Source of the DNA: Pseudomonadota bacterium
GTDB lineage: Bacteria > Bdellovibrionota_B > Oligoflexia > Oligoflexales > CAIYRB01
Direction of reading: 5' to 3'
Assembly (NCBI GenBank): GCA_026390445.1
Contig: JAPLFX010000031.1
Span: 31,768 to 95,767 of the forward strand
DNA length: 64,000 bases
Every line of letters starts with the position of its first letter. The first letter of the stretch is position 1. Positions 10,056 to 19,259 of this stretch are shown here, piece after piece. The notes beneath the pieces were generated by a model. It ran no database searches. It saw nothing but the letters and a program-made list of their open reading frames with translations, and was not told the DNA's origin. A program made the translations under genes and the position numbers.

Positions 10056-10223
10056 GTGTTCTACTTCTCCCAAGCCGATGTCAAATATTTGGCGCCGGAC
10101 TTTTGGCACCAACCGCCACCGTGCTGACGCCTCGCCGTCAATACTTTGACGGAGCCTTTGGTCGAACATCTATTCACAGGAAAAATTCCCATGATCCTAC
10201 ATCATGCCGAAACCGCCAGGTTT

Positions 10224-10239
10224 TGACACTGATATTGCA
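10224..10239 (+). promoter_or_regulatory. possible sigma54-type promoter upstream of fliL (imperfect)
   Basis: TGACAC-tgata-TTGCA versus the consensus TGGCAC-N5-TTGCA, 72 nt upstream of the fliL ATG. The -24 GG is GA here, so the call is weak. Confidence 0.25.
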
Positions 10240-10310
10240 TAGGATCCTCTCACACCCCTGTTTCAGGCCACTCCCTAGCCCCACCGCAAGGTCAAAGGTT
10301 AAGCAGCCCC

Positions 10311-11090
10311 ATGGCAAAAGATAAAGCCGAAAAGAAAGAAAAAGCGCCCAAAGCCGAGCTCACTCCCGAAGAGGCAGCAGCTGCGGGCAAGAAAAAGAAG
10401 ATGCTGATCTTCATCATCGGTGGCGTCCTTGGCACGACTGCGATCGGCGGTGGCTTGGCGCTATTCCTCGCCGGGGGCAAAGACCCAAAGGCGGGCGAAG
10501 AAGCCAGCGAGAGCGCCAAAGGCGAGGGCAAAGAAGAAAAGCACGGCGAGAAAAAAGAGGGTGCCAAAGGCGAGGGCAAAGAAGAAAAGCACGGCGAGAA
10601 AAAAGAGGGTGCCAAAGGCGAGGGCAAAGAAGAAAAGCACGGCGAGAAAAAAGAAGGCGGCAAAGAAGAAAAGCACGGCGAGAAAAAGGAAGGTGGCAAG
10701 GACGAGAAAAAAGAAGGCGGCAAAGAGGAAAAGTCAAAGAAAGACGACAAAAAGGACGCCAAGGACAGCAAGATCGACGGCGTTGACTTTGGTTGCACCT
10801 TGCCGCTCCAGGCCTTTCACCTCAATCTCGGCAACCCACTCGAAAACCGCTACATCCGCCTAGAAATCGCCATTGAATACAGTTGCGGCGAAGAAACCAA
10901 AGCCGAGATTGACAAACGCCTACCGCAACTTCGCGACGCAGTCATTCACGTCACCAGTCGCAAAACCAGGGAATTTCTCCTCGGCCCGGATGGCAAAGAG
11001 CAGCTGCGCAAAGAAATCTACAATCAAATTAATACCTATATGAACAAGAAGATCGACGATGTGTTCATCACCGATATTCTGATCGAATAA
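10311..11090 (+). CDS. fliL: flagellar basal-body-associated protein FliL with a Lys/Glu/Gly-rich repeat insert
   Basis: N-terminal TM (MLIFIIGGVLGTTAIGGGLALFLAG). The C-terminal FliL core is FHLNLGNPLENRYIRLEIAIEY...LPQLRDAVIHVTSRKT...VFITDILIE. It sits at the head of the fliMN cluster. Confidence 0.85.
   Translation: MAKDKAEKKEKAPKAELTPEEAAAAGKKKKMLIFIIGGVLGTTAIGGGLALFLAGGKDPKAGEEASESAKGEGKEEKHGEKKEGAKGEGKEEKHGEKKEGAKGEGKEEKHGEKKEGGKEEKHGEKKEGGKDEKKEGGKEEKSKKDDKKDAKDSKIDGVDFGCTLPLQAFHLNLGNPLENRYIRLEIAIEYSCGEETKAEIDKRLPQLRDAVIHVTSRKTREFLLGPDGKEQLRKEIYNQINTYMNKKIDDVFITDILIE
10518..10733 (+). repeat. in-frame 48-bp tandem repeat (KGEGKEEKHGEKKEGA) plus degenerate shorter units inside fliL
   Basis: Units 10518-10565 and 10566-10613 are identical in sequence. 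Unit 3 (10614-10661) differs near its 3' end. 36-, 24- and roughly 12-nt derivatives follow. Confidence 0.95.
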
Positions 11091-11186
11091 GTCTTCGCAT
11101 CGCCACGACAAAAGACCCAGCTACCCAGTTGATCGCCTCATGTCCGAGCCCTCGCTCTCTCGTCCCCTCTAGCCCAAAGGTGTGGT

Positions 11187-12170
11187 ATGAACCAGGTTCT
11201 CTCCCAAAATGAGGTGGACGCGCTCCTTTCTGCCGTCTCCGATAACCGAGTCGATAGCGACGAGGACGGCGGAAGTGACGAGATGAAAAGCGGCGTCGTC
11301 CAGTACGACCTGGCAAACCAAGACCGGATTATTCGCGGTCGGATGCCAACGCTAGACATCATCCATGATCGCTTCATCCGTCTATTTCGTGTCACCTTGT
11401 CCAACGCTTTGCGCAAGATGGCCAATCTCAGTGTAAACTCCACCGGACCGCTGAAATTCAGCGAATTCATGAATTCCTTGCCACTGCCTTCATGCCTCAA
11501 CATTCTTCGCCTCGACCCATTACGCGGCGCCGCCGTCATGGTGATCGAATCCAAGCTGCTCTACGCCCTGGTCGACAGTTTTTTTGGTGGGAACGACGTC
11601 CCGTACACCAAGATCGAGGGCAAAGACTTCACCCAAATCGAAATCAAGATCGCTCGCCGGGTTGTACTATCCGCGATCGACGACTATGAAAAGGCCTGGG
11701 AGCCGGTCTACCCCCTTAAGGTCGGCTACAGCCGGACCGAAATCAATCCGCAGTTCGTCGCCGTCGTGCCGCCATCGGATGTGGTCATCGCGACGACCTT
11801 TGACGTCGAACTAGAAAAAGTATCGGGCACCATCAAAGTCGTGATCCCCTACGCAACCCTCGAACCGATCAAATCGAAGTTGTCCGTCGGCTTTCAAAGT
11901 GAACAGCTGGAAGTCGACTTTATTTGGATCAATCGAATCAAGGAGCAGATCATGGGCACATCCGCCAACGTCCTGGTCAAACTCGGCGAGGCCGACATCG
12001 CTCTGCGCGACCTTATGGAGCTAAGCCCGGGCGATATCATCCAATTAGACTCAGACGCGACGATGCCGCTTAGCATCCACGTCGAAGGCATCCCCAAATT
12101 CAAAGGCATCCCCGGCCTGCTTAAGGGGAATCGGGCGCTTAAAATCGTGGAATCCCTCATCGACGTTTAA
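11187..12170 (+). CDS. fliM: flagellar motor switch protein FliM
   Basis: N-terminal CheY-P binding peptide MNQVLSQNEVDALLSAV, 327 aa, and position upstream of fliN. Confidence 0.93.
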   Translation: MNQVLSQNEVDALLSAVSDNRVDSDEDGGSDEMKSGVVQYDLANQDRIIRGRMPTLDIIHDRFIRLFRVTLSNALRKMANLSVNSTGPLKFSEFMNSLPLPSCLNILRLDPLRGAAVMVIESKLLYALVDSFFGGNDVPYTKIEGKDFTQIEIKIARRVVLSAIDDYEKAWEPVYPLKVGYSRTEINPQFVAVVPPSDVVIATTFDVELEKVSGTIKVVIPYATLEPIKSKLSVGFQSEQLEVDFIWINRIKEQIMGTSANVLVKLGEADIALRDLMELSPGDIIQLDSDATMPLSIHVEGIPKFKGIPGLLKGNRALKIVESLIDV

Positions 12171-12231
12171 CCACCATGAGCGCTGGTCCAGTCAAAAATA
12201 GCAACTTACACAGCAACAGGGGGAGCGCACG

Positions 12232-12687
12232 ATGAGCAGTGAAGGTGGGGGCATGAGTCCCGAAGATTTTGGTCTTGGATCGGACTTCGACGACGCACTC
12301 TCCGAGGCTAGCGGCGACGGTGGCAAGGCATCTAAGGGCGATGGCGGTGGCGGTGGCGGCGGTGGCGGCGGCGGTGGTGCTGACGGCGATGTCAAACTGC
12401 CGCGCACCGATTTTTCAAAGCTCAAGATGATCCTCGATATCCCGCTCAAAGTGTCCGTCGAACTTGGGCGCACGAAAATGCTGGTCAACGACTTGCTGCA
12501 GCTAGGACAGGGTTCGGTCATCGAACTCGATAAAATCGCCGGCGAGCCCATGGAAATCCTGATCAACGACAAGCTAGTCGCCATGGGCGAGGTCGTAGTC
12601 GTCAATGAAAAGTTCGGCGTCCGCCTCACCGACGTCGTATCACAGTTTGGCCTCGGCGACCTGGCACAGACAGAAAAAGCTGGATAA
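12232..12687 (+). CDS. fliN: flagellar motor switch protein FliN
   Basis: SpoA/FliN core [67 protein letters not shown]. Confidence 0.93.
   Translation: MSSEGGGMSPEDFGLGSDFDDALSEASGDGGKASKGDGGGGGGGGGGGGADGDVKLPRTDFSKLKMILDIPLKVSVELGRTKMLVNDLLQLGQGSVIELDKIAGEPMEILINDKLVAMGEVVVVNEKFGVRLTDVVSQFGLGDLAQTEKAG
12343..12378 (+). repeat. 12-codon Gly run (mixed GGC/GGT) in the FliN linker
   Basis: ggcggtggcggtggcggcggtggcggcggcggtggt encodes G12. The antisense frame gives poly-Pro in a shadow ORF. Confidence 0.95.
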
Positions 12688-12718
12688 CTAAGAGCACATT
12701 GGACGGAGGGAACTTACG

Positions 12719-14125
12719 TTGACGGCTTTCCACCTTAGACCTTGGACCAGGCGAATACTCGGATCGTTCGTCGCTTTGGCGACCTGCACACCAGCCTTGG
12801 CGAAGGCGAAGGACCCGGCCCAGGCCAAGGAGGTTCCATTGGTCACCCTCGGTCTGATCGACGCCGAGACGGACCCGCAGCTTCCCAGCATCACCATCAG
12901 GCTAAACCAAAAGCCGACATGGACGAAACTCAGCGAGATCCAGAACCACGGCGCGTTTTTGCAGCTGACACTACCCGGGACGATCGTCCCCGAGCCCGGC
13001 AAGTTCTTTGACGGGGTTTCGCCATACATGCCCAAAATCGCAGCCTTTCAATTGACCCCAAGCGACGCTGGTATCCGCTTTTTCATCAACCAAGACGCCG
13101 CCAAAACCAAAGAGGCCTTGACGGCTGAAGTCCTCGGCGAACGCATCGTCCTCACCCTTGACGTCAAGAAGCTAGGCCAAAGTGTTGCCGTGGCGGCAGT
13201 CTCATCCTCGCCAGACTTTATCGAAAAGGATCTCATCGGCCCGCCGGCTCCCTCAGCCATCAGCGCCGAGCAAGTCATTGCGCGCACTGCGGTGCAGAGC
13301 GACGAACCCGCGCCTAGCGAACGCTTTAAGTCGACCGCCAGCAACAGCCATAGCAAAGAATCCACCCAGACGCTCGCTACTGGCGGTATCGATCTACAAG
13401 GCAAAATGGTTCGCATGGCCGCCTTCTCGGCGGTGATGCTCGGCCTGCTACTCGTGACTTGGTTGGCCAAGCCCTATCTCAAACGCCGAGCTGGACTCAA
13501 GGGTGACCTCAGCTCGTCTGACAACCTTACGATGAAGACGCTGTCGACCTTAGCGTTAGCGCCACGACAAAAAATCTCTCTGATACAAGTAGGCAACGAA
13601 CGCCTGCTCATCGGCATCTCACCCGATCAGATCACGTTCTTAAGCGCTATAGGCACCTCGACCCCTACGCCTCCCCTCCGCATGCAGCACCCGGCGCCTA
13701 CCGCCGTGACCCAAGGTATGCCTGCGGAGTTCACCAAGCTTCTTTCCGCCTCGCAGGACGTCGAAATGAGCCCGGCTCCAGTCCTGAAAAACCTCCCAGG
13801 AAATGACCCAGAAACCCTGGCTTCGCCGACCCGCCGCGCGGTGACCAGACCGCCCATGCCGTCGCCCCATGGCGCCCCGGTCCGCAGTAAACGGCCGGTG
13901 AGCGGCCAACGCATCAACATCGGGGTTGGTGAAAACGGCATCGAAGACATGAGCCCCGCAGCGCCACCGCAACGCCCACGCGACAGGCCGCAGCAGGTGG
14001 CCCAGGGTCCACAGGCTCGCAAGCCATCCGAGGAACCCTTTGGCAGCACCGGTGATGGCCAAAAGGCCATCGACGATGTCACCCGCCTGATTCGCGAAAA
14101 ACTCAAAAACCTGCGGACCATATAA
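12719..14125 (+). CDS. fliO: FliO-like export-gate assembly protein, greatly extended (468 aa)
   Basis: It sits between fliN and fliP. A single internal TM (AAFSAVMLGLLLVTWLA) is followed by the FliO core MKTLSTLALAPRQKISLIQVGNERLLIGISPDQITFLSAI. An N-terminal signal peptide plus a roughly 200-aa extra domain and a Pro-rich C-terminal tail are atypical. TTG start preceded by GGAGGG. Confidence 0.7.
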   Translation: MTAFHLRPWTRRILGSFVALATCTPALAKAKDPAQAKEVPLVTLGLIDAETDPQLPSITIRLNQKPTWTKLSEIQNHGAFLQLTLPGTIVPEPGKFFDGVSPYMPKIAAFQLTPSDAGIRFFINQDAAKTKEALTAEVLGERIVLTLDVKKLGQSVAVAAVSSSPDFIEKDLIGPPAPSAISAEQVIARTAVQSDEPAPSERFKSTASNSHSKESTQTLATGGIDLQGKMVRMAAFSAVMLGLLLVTWLAKPYLKRRAGLKGDLSSSDNLTMKTLSTLALAPRQKISLIQVGNERLLIGISPDQITFLSAIGTSTPTPPLRMQHPAPTAVTQGMPAEFTKLLSASQDVEMSPAPVLKNLPGNDPETLASPTRRAVTRPPMPSPHGAPVRSKRPVSGQRINIGVGENGIEDMSPAAPPQRPRDRPQQVAQGPQARKPSEEPFGSTGDGQKAIDDVTRLIREKLKNLRTI

Positions 14126-14896
14126 ATGCGCCACTGCTTGCAAATCCTTGCCGGCACGATGCTACTCGCGGCGATCTTCTGTGCCATGTTCCAGCCCAAG
14201 CAGGCGCTGGCTCAGATCAAAGTCCCAACGATCGGCATCGACCTCAAGGAAACCGACAATCCTAATGACCTAGTGCCGGCGATGAAAATCGTCGCCATGT
14301 TAACGATCCTTTCCATCGCACCGGCGATCCTGCTGATGATGACCTCATTTACCCGCATTCTGGTCATCCTTAGCTTCGTCCGTCAGGCGCTTGGCACCAA
14401 CTCCATGCCACCAAACCAGGTGATCGTCGGACTGGCCCTTTTTCTCACGTTTTTCACCATGTCACCGGTGATCGATACGATCAAGGACAAGGCCTACACT
14501 CCGTATAGCGATAAAAAGATTACCCAAGAGCAAGCCCTCGACGAAATGATGAAGCCCCTGCGCAAATTCATGCTGGCACAGACTCATGAAAGCGACCTTG
14601 AAACCTTCTTTAGTATTACCAAGCAAGCCCGACCAAAGACCGCTCAAGATGTCTCGATGACAACACTCATGCCGGCCTTCATCGTGAGCGAACTAAAAAC
14701 GGCCTTTCAAATCGGATTTCTCATCTACATCCCATTTCTCGTCATCGACATGGTGGTGTCATCGGTGCTGATGGCGATGGGCATGATGATGTTGCCGCCA
14801 ACGGTCGTCTCCTTGCCATTTAAATTGATCCTCTTTGTCCTGGTCGACGGCTGGGCATTGATCGTCACCAATATCGTTAAGAGCTTCAATCTCTAA
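14126..14896 (+). CDS. fliP: flagellar type III export gate protein FliP
   Basis: 256 aa with signal peptide, LTILSIAPAILLMMTSFTRILVILSFVRQALG and FKLILFVLVDGW. Confidence 0.95.
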   Translation: MRHCLQILAGTMLLAAIFCAMFQPKQALAQIKVPTIGIDLKETDNPNDLVPAMKIVAMLTILSIAPAILLMMTSFTRILVILSFVRQALGTNSMPPNQVIVGLALFLTFFTMSPVIDTIKDKAYTPYSDKKITQEQALDEMMKPLRKFMLAQTHESDLETFFSITKQARPKTAQDVSMTTLMPAFIVSELKTAFQIGFLIYIPFLVIDMVVSSVLMAMGMMMLPPTVVSLPFKLILFVLVDGWALIVTNIVKSFNL

Positions 14897-14911
14897 GCCG
14901 GGAGCACGAAC

Positions 14912-15181
14912 ATGACCGACCAAAACGTCATTGACCTCGGATCTCGCGCCGTTTGGGTCGCCATCCAAATTTCGGCTCCGGTACTCGCGGCGGCCTTGAT
15001 CACCGGAGTTCTGGTTTCGATCCTCCAAGCTGCGACACAGATCCAAGAGCAGACCCTCTCCTTTGTGCCGAAGATCCTCATGATCACGCTGGCCATGATG
15101 CTGTGTGGGCCATGGATCCTGCAAACCATGATGGGTTTCACCACCGATCTTTTCAACGGCATCCCAGGAGTCACCCACTAA
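14912..15181 (+). CDS. fliQ: flagellar export gate protein FliQ
   Basis: 89 aa with SAPVLAAALITGVLVSILQAATQIQEQTLSFVPK. Confidence 0.95.
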   Translation: MTDQNVIDLGSRAVWVAIQISAPVLAAALITGVLVSILQAATQIQEQTLSFVPKILMITLAMMLCGPWILQTMMGFTTDLFNGIPGVTH

Positions 15182-15184
15182 GCG

Positions 15185-15979
15185 ATGACCGGATTACCAA
15201 ACCCAACTCAGCTTCTCGTCGGAGCCATGGCCTTCCTCCGCATCGGCGGCTTGCTGCTTTCCTTGCCAGTGATCGGCGACGCCCCGACACCAGTGCGGGT
15301 GCGGATTTTGCTATCTTTGGCACTGACGATTGGCCTGTATCCTGCCATCCCAGCCTCATGGGCACCAGACCTGGCCACTGATGTGCTAACGATTAGCTCC
15401 TACGTCGTCCGCGAACTTGCGATCGGCTTGGTCGTTGGCTTTTGCGCTCGCGCCGCCTTTGACGGCATCATGATGGCGGCAACAGTCGTGTCCTATCAGA
15501 TGGGCTTTGGCACCGCTAGCCTATTTCTGCCTGACTACAGCGAAAAGATGGACAGCTTTTCGGCGTTTCACCGCATGATGGTGATGCTGATTTTTTTGAC
15601 TCTGGGACTACACCGCATATTTCTCACCGCTGTCATCGACACCTTTCGCCTGATTCCAGGTGGCGGCGCTCACCTCACCGGCTCCTTGCTTAGCATCATC
15701 ATCACTCTGACCGGAGGCATTCTATCGATCGCCGTTCAGCTCGCCGCGCCGATCCTGGTGGCACTCCTATTCACCATGGCCGCGATTGGGCTCATTGCCC
15801 GTGCGGTGCCAAATATGAATGCCTTTCTGATGAGCTTCCCAGCTAGCTTCATCATTGGCATGGTGGTCTATATCGCTACCCTACCGTTTTTTCCTGGCTG
15901 GATGCAGGACCACTTTATCAGCGTTCAAGAGCAGATCCACGGCATCATTCGCAGCATGTCTCCCACAACCCAACCATAA
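15185..15979 (+). CDS. fliR: flagellar export gate protein FliR
   Basis: 264-aa polytopic membrane protein in the conserved fliPQR order. Confidence 0.9.
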   Translation: MTGLPNPTQLLVGAMAFLRIGGLLLSLPVIGDAPTPVRVRILLSLALTIGLYPAIPASWAPDLATDVLTISSYVVRELAIGLVVGFCARAAFDGIMMAATVVSYQMGFGTASLFLPDYSEKMDSFSAFHRMMVMLIFLTLGLHRIFLTAVIDTFRLIPGGGAHLTGSLLSIIITLTGGILSIAVQLAAPILVALLFTMAAIGLIARAVPNMNAFLMSFPASFIIGMVVYIATLPFFPGWMQDHFISVQEQIHGIIRSMSPTTQP

Positions 15980-15992
15980 GCGAGCTGGTTAA

Positions 15993-17093
15993 ATGGCGGA
16001 TCAAGACGCCAGTACAGACGACCGTACAGAAGATGCCACCGCCGAGAGGCGGGAGGACTTTCGCGATCGTGGCCAAATCGCTCTATCCAAGGAATTCACC
16101 TCAGTCGCTATCCTATCGTCTTGCGTCGTGGCCTTCACCTCAGGGGCCCCAGGCTTCCTAAAACACCTGCAACGACTGTTCATCACGCACTTTGAGCAAA
16201 TCGCCGTCGTGCGTATCGACACCAATAACATCATGTCTTTTCTGGGCGACACCTGGGTCGACATCCTGAAGCTATGCCTGCCGATTTTCCTGGTCACCAT
16301 GGTTGCGGCTAGCGTAGTGACCTTAGCTCAGACACGCCTTAGTTGGTCCTGGGAACGGGTCGCTCCAGACTTTTCCCGCCTCGAGCCATTTTCTGGCATC
16401 GTGCGTATGTTCAGCACCCAGGCCTGGGTAGAAGTGCTAAAGAGCTTTGCCAAGCTATGCGCCGTTGCCACCGTCGCTTACCTGATCCTGCGCAGTGAAT
16501 GGATCAAAGTTCCGGAGCTGATGGCTTACCCGATGCGTTCGACCTGGGTGTATTGGGGCGGCATCACCAAATTACTCTTCTGGTCAGTGGCTGGATTTCT
16601 TCTCATCATCTCTGGAGTCGACTACTTCTGGAACTTTGTCAGCTTAGAAAAGCAAATGCGCATGACGAAGCAGGAGGTCAAGGAAGACTTTAAAAACCGC
16701 GAAGGTGACCAACGAACCAAAGGTAAAATGCGCAACATGATGCGCGAACTCGGCAGTAAAAAGATCGTCGCCAAAACCAAAACGGCCACCGTTCTCATTA
16801 CCAACCCAACTCACTATTCTATCGCCTTACGCTACAACCCAGGTGACAAAGTGCCGATTCTCGTCGCCAAGGGCATGGACTTTATCGCCTTGCGCATGCG
16901 TGAGATCGCCAGAGACGAAAAAATTCCCATCGTCGAAAATGTGCCGCTAGCGCGCGAGCTCTATGCCACGGTGAAAGAGGGCCAAGAGATCCCCGACACT
17001 CTGTATAAAGTGGTTGCAGAAATCATCCGCTACGTCTTCGCTCTAAAAGGCAAAAAGATTCCAACCAAGCGAGGTGTAGATGGCCGCCGCTAA
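15993..17093 (+). CDS. flhB: flagellar export switch protein FlhB
   Basis: MTKQEVKEDFKNREGDQRTKGKMR and the autocleavage site region VLITNPTHYSIALRY (NPTH). Confidence 0.95.
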   Translation: MADQDASTDDRTEDATAERREDFRDRGQIALSKEFTSVAILSSCVVAFTSGAPGFLKHLQRLFITHFEQIAVVRIDTNNIMSFLGDTWVDILKLCLPIFLVTMVAASVVTLAQTRLSWSWERVAPDFSRLEPFSGIVRMFSTQAWVEVLKSFAKLCAVATVAYLILRSEWIKVPELMAYPMRSTWVYWGGITKLLFWSVAGFLLIISGVDYFWNFVSLEKQMRMTKQEVKEDFKNREGDQRTKGKMRNMMRELGSKKIVAKTKTATVLITNPTHYSIALRYNPGDKVPILVAKGMDFIALRMREIARDEKIPIVENVPLARELYATVKEGQEIPDTLYKVVAEIIRYVFALKGKKIPTKRGVDGRR

Positions 17094-19188
17094 AAACGCT
17101 GAGATCCGCAACGGACCCGCCCTCTATGGCTTTGTCGAGGCCTTAAAGAGCTCCGACGTGCAATTTGCTGTCGGCGTGGTATCGATTATCTTGATGATGA
17201 TCGTTCCGCTACCGCCGTTTATTTTGGACATTTTAATGTCCATCTCAATCAGCATGTCGCTTCTTATCCTGCTCATCTCAATCTATGTTAAAGAGCCACT
17301 TGAGTTCAGCACGTTTCCCACTCTGCTGCTTTTAACCACGTTGTTTCGATTAGCTCTGAACGTCGGAACGACCAGAGGGATTTTACTGGGCGGTGCGACC
17401 GGGCACGTCAGCAAAGTAGTCCAAGCCTTCGGTGAGTTTGTCGTCGGCGGTAACTACTTTGTCGGATTTGTTATATTCATCATCTTAGTCATCATCAACT
17501 TCATCGTCATCACCAAAGGTGCAGGTCGTGTCGCCGAAGTCGGTGCCCGCTTCACCTTAGACGCGATGCCAGGGAAGCAGATGGCGATTGACGCCGAGCT
17601 CAACAATGGCAGCATCGATCGAGACGAGGCCAAAAGGCGGCGCTCTAAAGTCGAGCACGAGGCAAACTTTTACGGCTCGATGGACGGTGCTAGTAAGTTC
17701 GTCCGCGGTGACGCCATCGCTGGATTGATTATCACCGGCATCAACATCATCGTTGGTCTCATCCTTGGGGTTGTCCAGTACAAGTTATCGTTTGCCGATG
17801 CTGCAGCAAAATTTACTTTGTTGACTGTCGGTGATGGACTGGTATCACAAATCCCCGCCCTGATTATCTCAACCGCATCGGGTATCGTCGTCACTCGTGC
17901 CAGCGGCGGCAATGATCTAAGCGAGGAGCTGTCAGGACAGCTCTTTATTCATCCAAAGGCCATGTACGTCTGCTCCGCACTGCTGGCTTTGCTCGGCATC
18001 CTTCCTGGCATGCCACTCATCCCCTTTGCCCTACTCGCCGGCGGGATGATCCTCCTCGCTCGCTACGCCGGGCGCGAAGTCATCAGGCGGCAAGCGGCCA
18101 AGCTTGCCGCCCTTGATGAAAAGAATAAGCCTGAGGCCAAGAGTGATTCCGTCGAGGCCTTACTGCACCTAGATACTCTGGCGCTAGAGGTCGGCGTTGA
18201 ACTCGTGCCTCTAGTCGATACGGCGCAGGACGGTGAAGTCCTCGAACGCATTGCCTCCGCCCGTAAAACCTTCACCCTCGATATCGGCATCATCGTTCCC
18301 ATGGTGATGATCCGCGATAACATTCAATTGCGTCCCGACGAATACCAGATTCTCTTGAAGGGCAATATCATCGGTGGCGGCAAGCTGATGCCACGGCGCT
18401 TCCTCGCCATGGACCCGGGAGACGTCCTCGATCCGATTGACGGCCACAAGACCAAAGAACCCGCCTATGGCCTTGATGCCATCTGGATTGCTCCCGGACA
18501 GCGCGACGAAGCGACCTTCCGCGGCTACACCGTCGTCAATAGTTCGACGGTGATCGTGACTCACCTAACCAAGTTGATCCAAGACCATGCTGGCGAACTC
18601 ATCGGCAGGCAAGAGGTCCACTCACTCGTCGAAGGACTCAAGCGGGATCATGAAAAGGTGGTCGACGAGGTCATTGCGGCTGACCGACTCAACCTAGGCG
18701 ATGTGGTCAAAGTACTGCAAAACCTCCTGACAGAAGGCGTCAGTATCCGCGACTTGCTCAGCGTTTTTGAAACCCTGGCCGATCACTGTAAGACGGTTCG
18801 TCACCCGGATGCTTTGACACGATATGTACGGAAGGCCCTCGGACGTGGTATCATTAAGAAATACCTCAGCCCGGATAATCAGCTGGTCGTCATCAACCTC
18901 GATCGCATGACAGAAGATGTCCTCGTTTCGGGAATCAACCAGCTGGAAGACGGCAGTACCTCCCTCAATATCGACCCGCAGCAAGCCCAGTCCCTCTTAA
19001 ACAACATCTTTGAATCCATGCGTAGCTTCGAAACCTCGGGTACCCAACCCATCCTTCTGTGCGGTTCCCGCGTCCGCTGGGACTTACGCAAGATGATCAG
19101 CCGCTTTATTCCCAGCCTTACCGTGCTCGCCTTCGACGAAATCCCCAAAGATATCCAAACCAAGAACATCGGTTCCGTCACCTTTTAA
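17080..19188 (+). CDS. flhA: flagellar export apparatus protein FlhA
   Basis: 702 aa with FPTLLLLTTLFRLALNVGTTRGIL, ITKGAGRVAEVGARFTLDAMPGKQMAIDAEL and FYGSMDGASKFVRGDA. Confidence 0.96.
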   Translation: MAAAKNAEIRNGPALYGFVEALKSSDVQFAVGVVSIILMMIVPLPPFILDILMSISISMSLLILLISIYVKEPLEFSTFPTLLLLTTLFRLALNVGTTRGILLGGATGHVSKVVQAFGEFVVGGNYFVGFVIFIILVIINFIVITKGAGRVAEVGARFTLDAMPGKQMAIDAELNNGSIDRDEAKRRRSKVEHEANFYGSMDGASKFVRGDAIAGLIITGINIIVGLILGVVQYKLSFADAAAKFTLLTVGDGLVSQIPALIISTASGIVVTRASGGNDLSEELSGQLFIHPKAMYVCSALLALLGILPGMPLIPFALLAGGMILLARYAGREVIRRQAAKLAALDEKNKPEAKSDSVEALLHLDTLALEVGVELVPLVDTAQDGEVLERIASARKTFTLDIGIIVPMVMIRDNIQLRPDEYQILLKGNIIGGGKLMPRRFLAMDPGDVLDPIDGHKTKEPAYGLDAIWIAPGQRDEATFRGYTVVNSSTVIVTHLTKLIQDHAGELIGRQEVHSLVEGLKRDHEKVVDEVIAADRLNLGDVVKVLQNLLTEGVSIRDLLSVFETLADHCKTVRHPDALTRYVRKALGRGIIKKYLSPDNQLVVINLDRMTEDVLVSGINQLEDGSTSLNIDPQQAQSLLNNIFESMRSFETSGTQPILLCGSRVRWDLRKMISRFIPSLTVLAFDEIPKDIQTKNIGSVTF

Positions 19189-19259
19189 GTCATCGCACCT
19201 AAGTCTCAGGTCCTGCCGCAATTAGATCTGGTCTTCGCCTCTCGCCCGGGAGCAACTCA

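Noticed and set aside
10292-10798. 168-aa minus-strand ORF with striking SLPPSFFSPCFS repeats
   Set aside because: It is the antisense reading of the fliL Lys/Glu repeat. The sense frame has a clear FliL C-terminal domain and operon context, so this is a shadow ORF.
12343-12378. Gly-codon run in fliN as a slipped-strand phase-variation switch
   Set aside because: The tract is a mixture of GGC and GGT codons with a 3-nt unit, so slippage would stay in frame. It looks like a flexible linker rather than an on/off switch.
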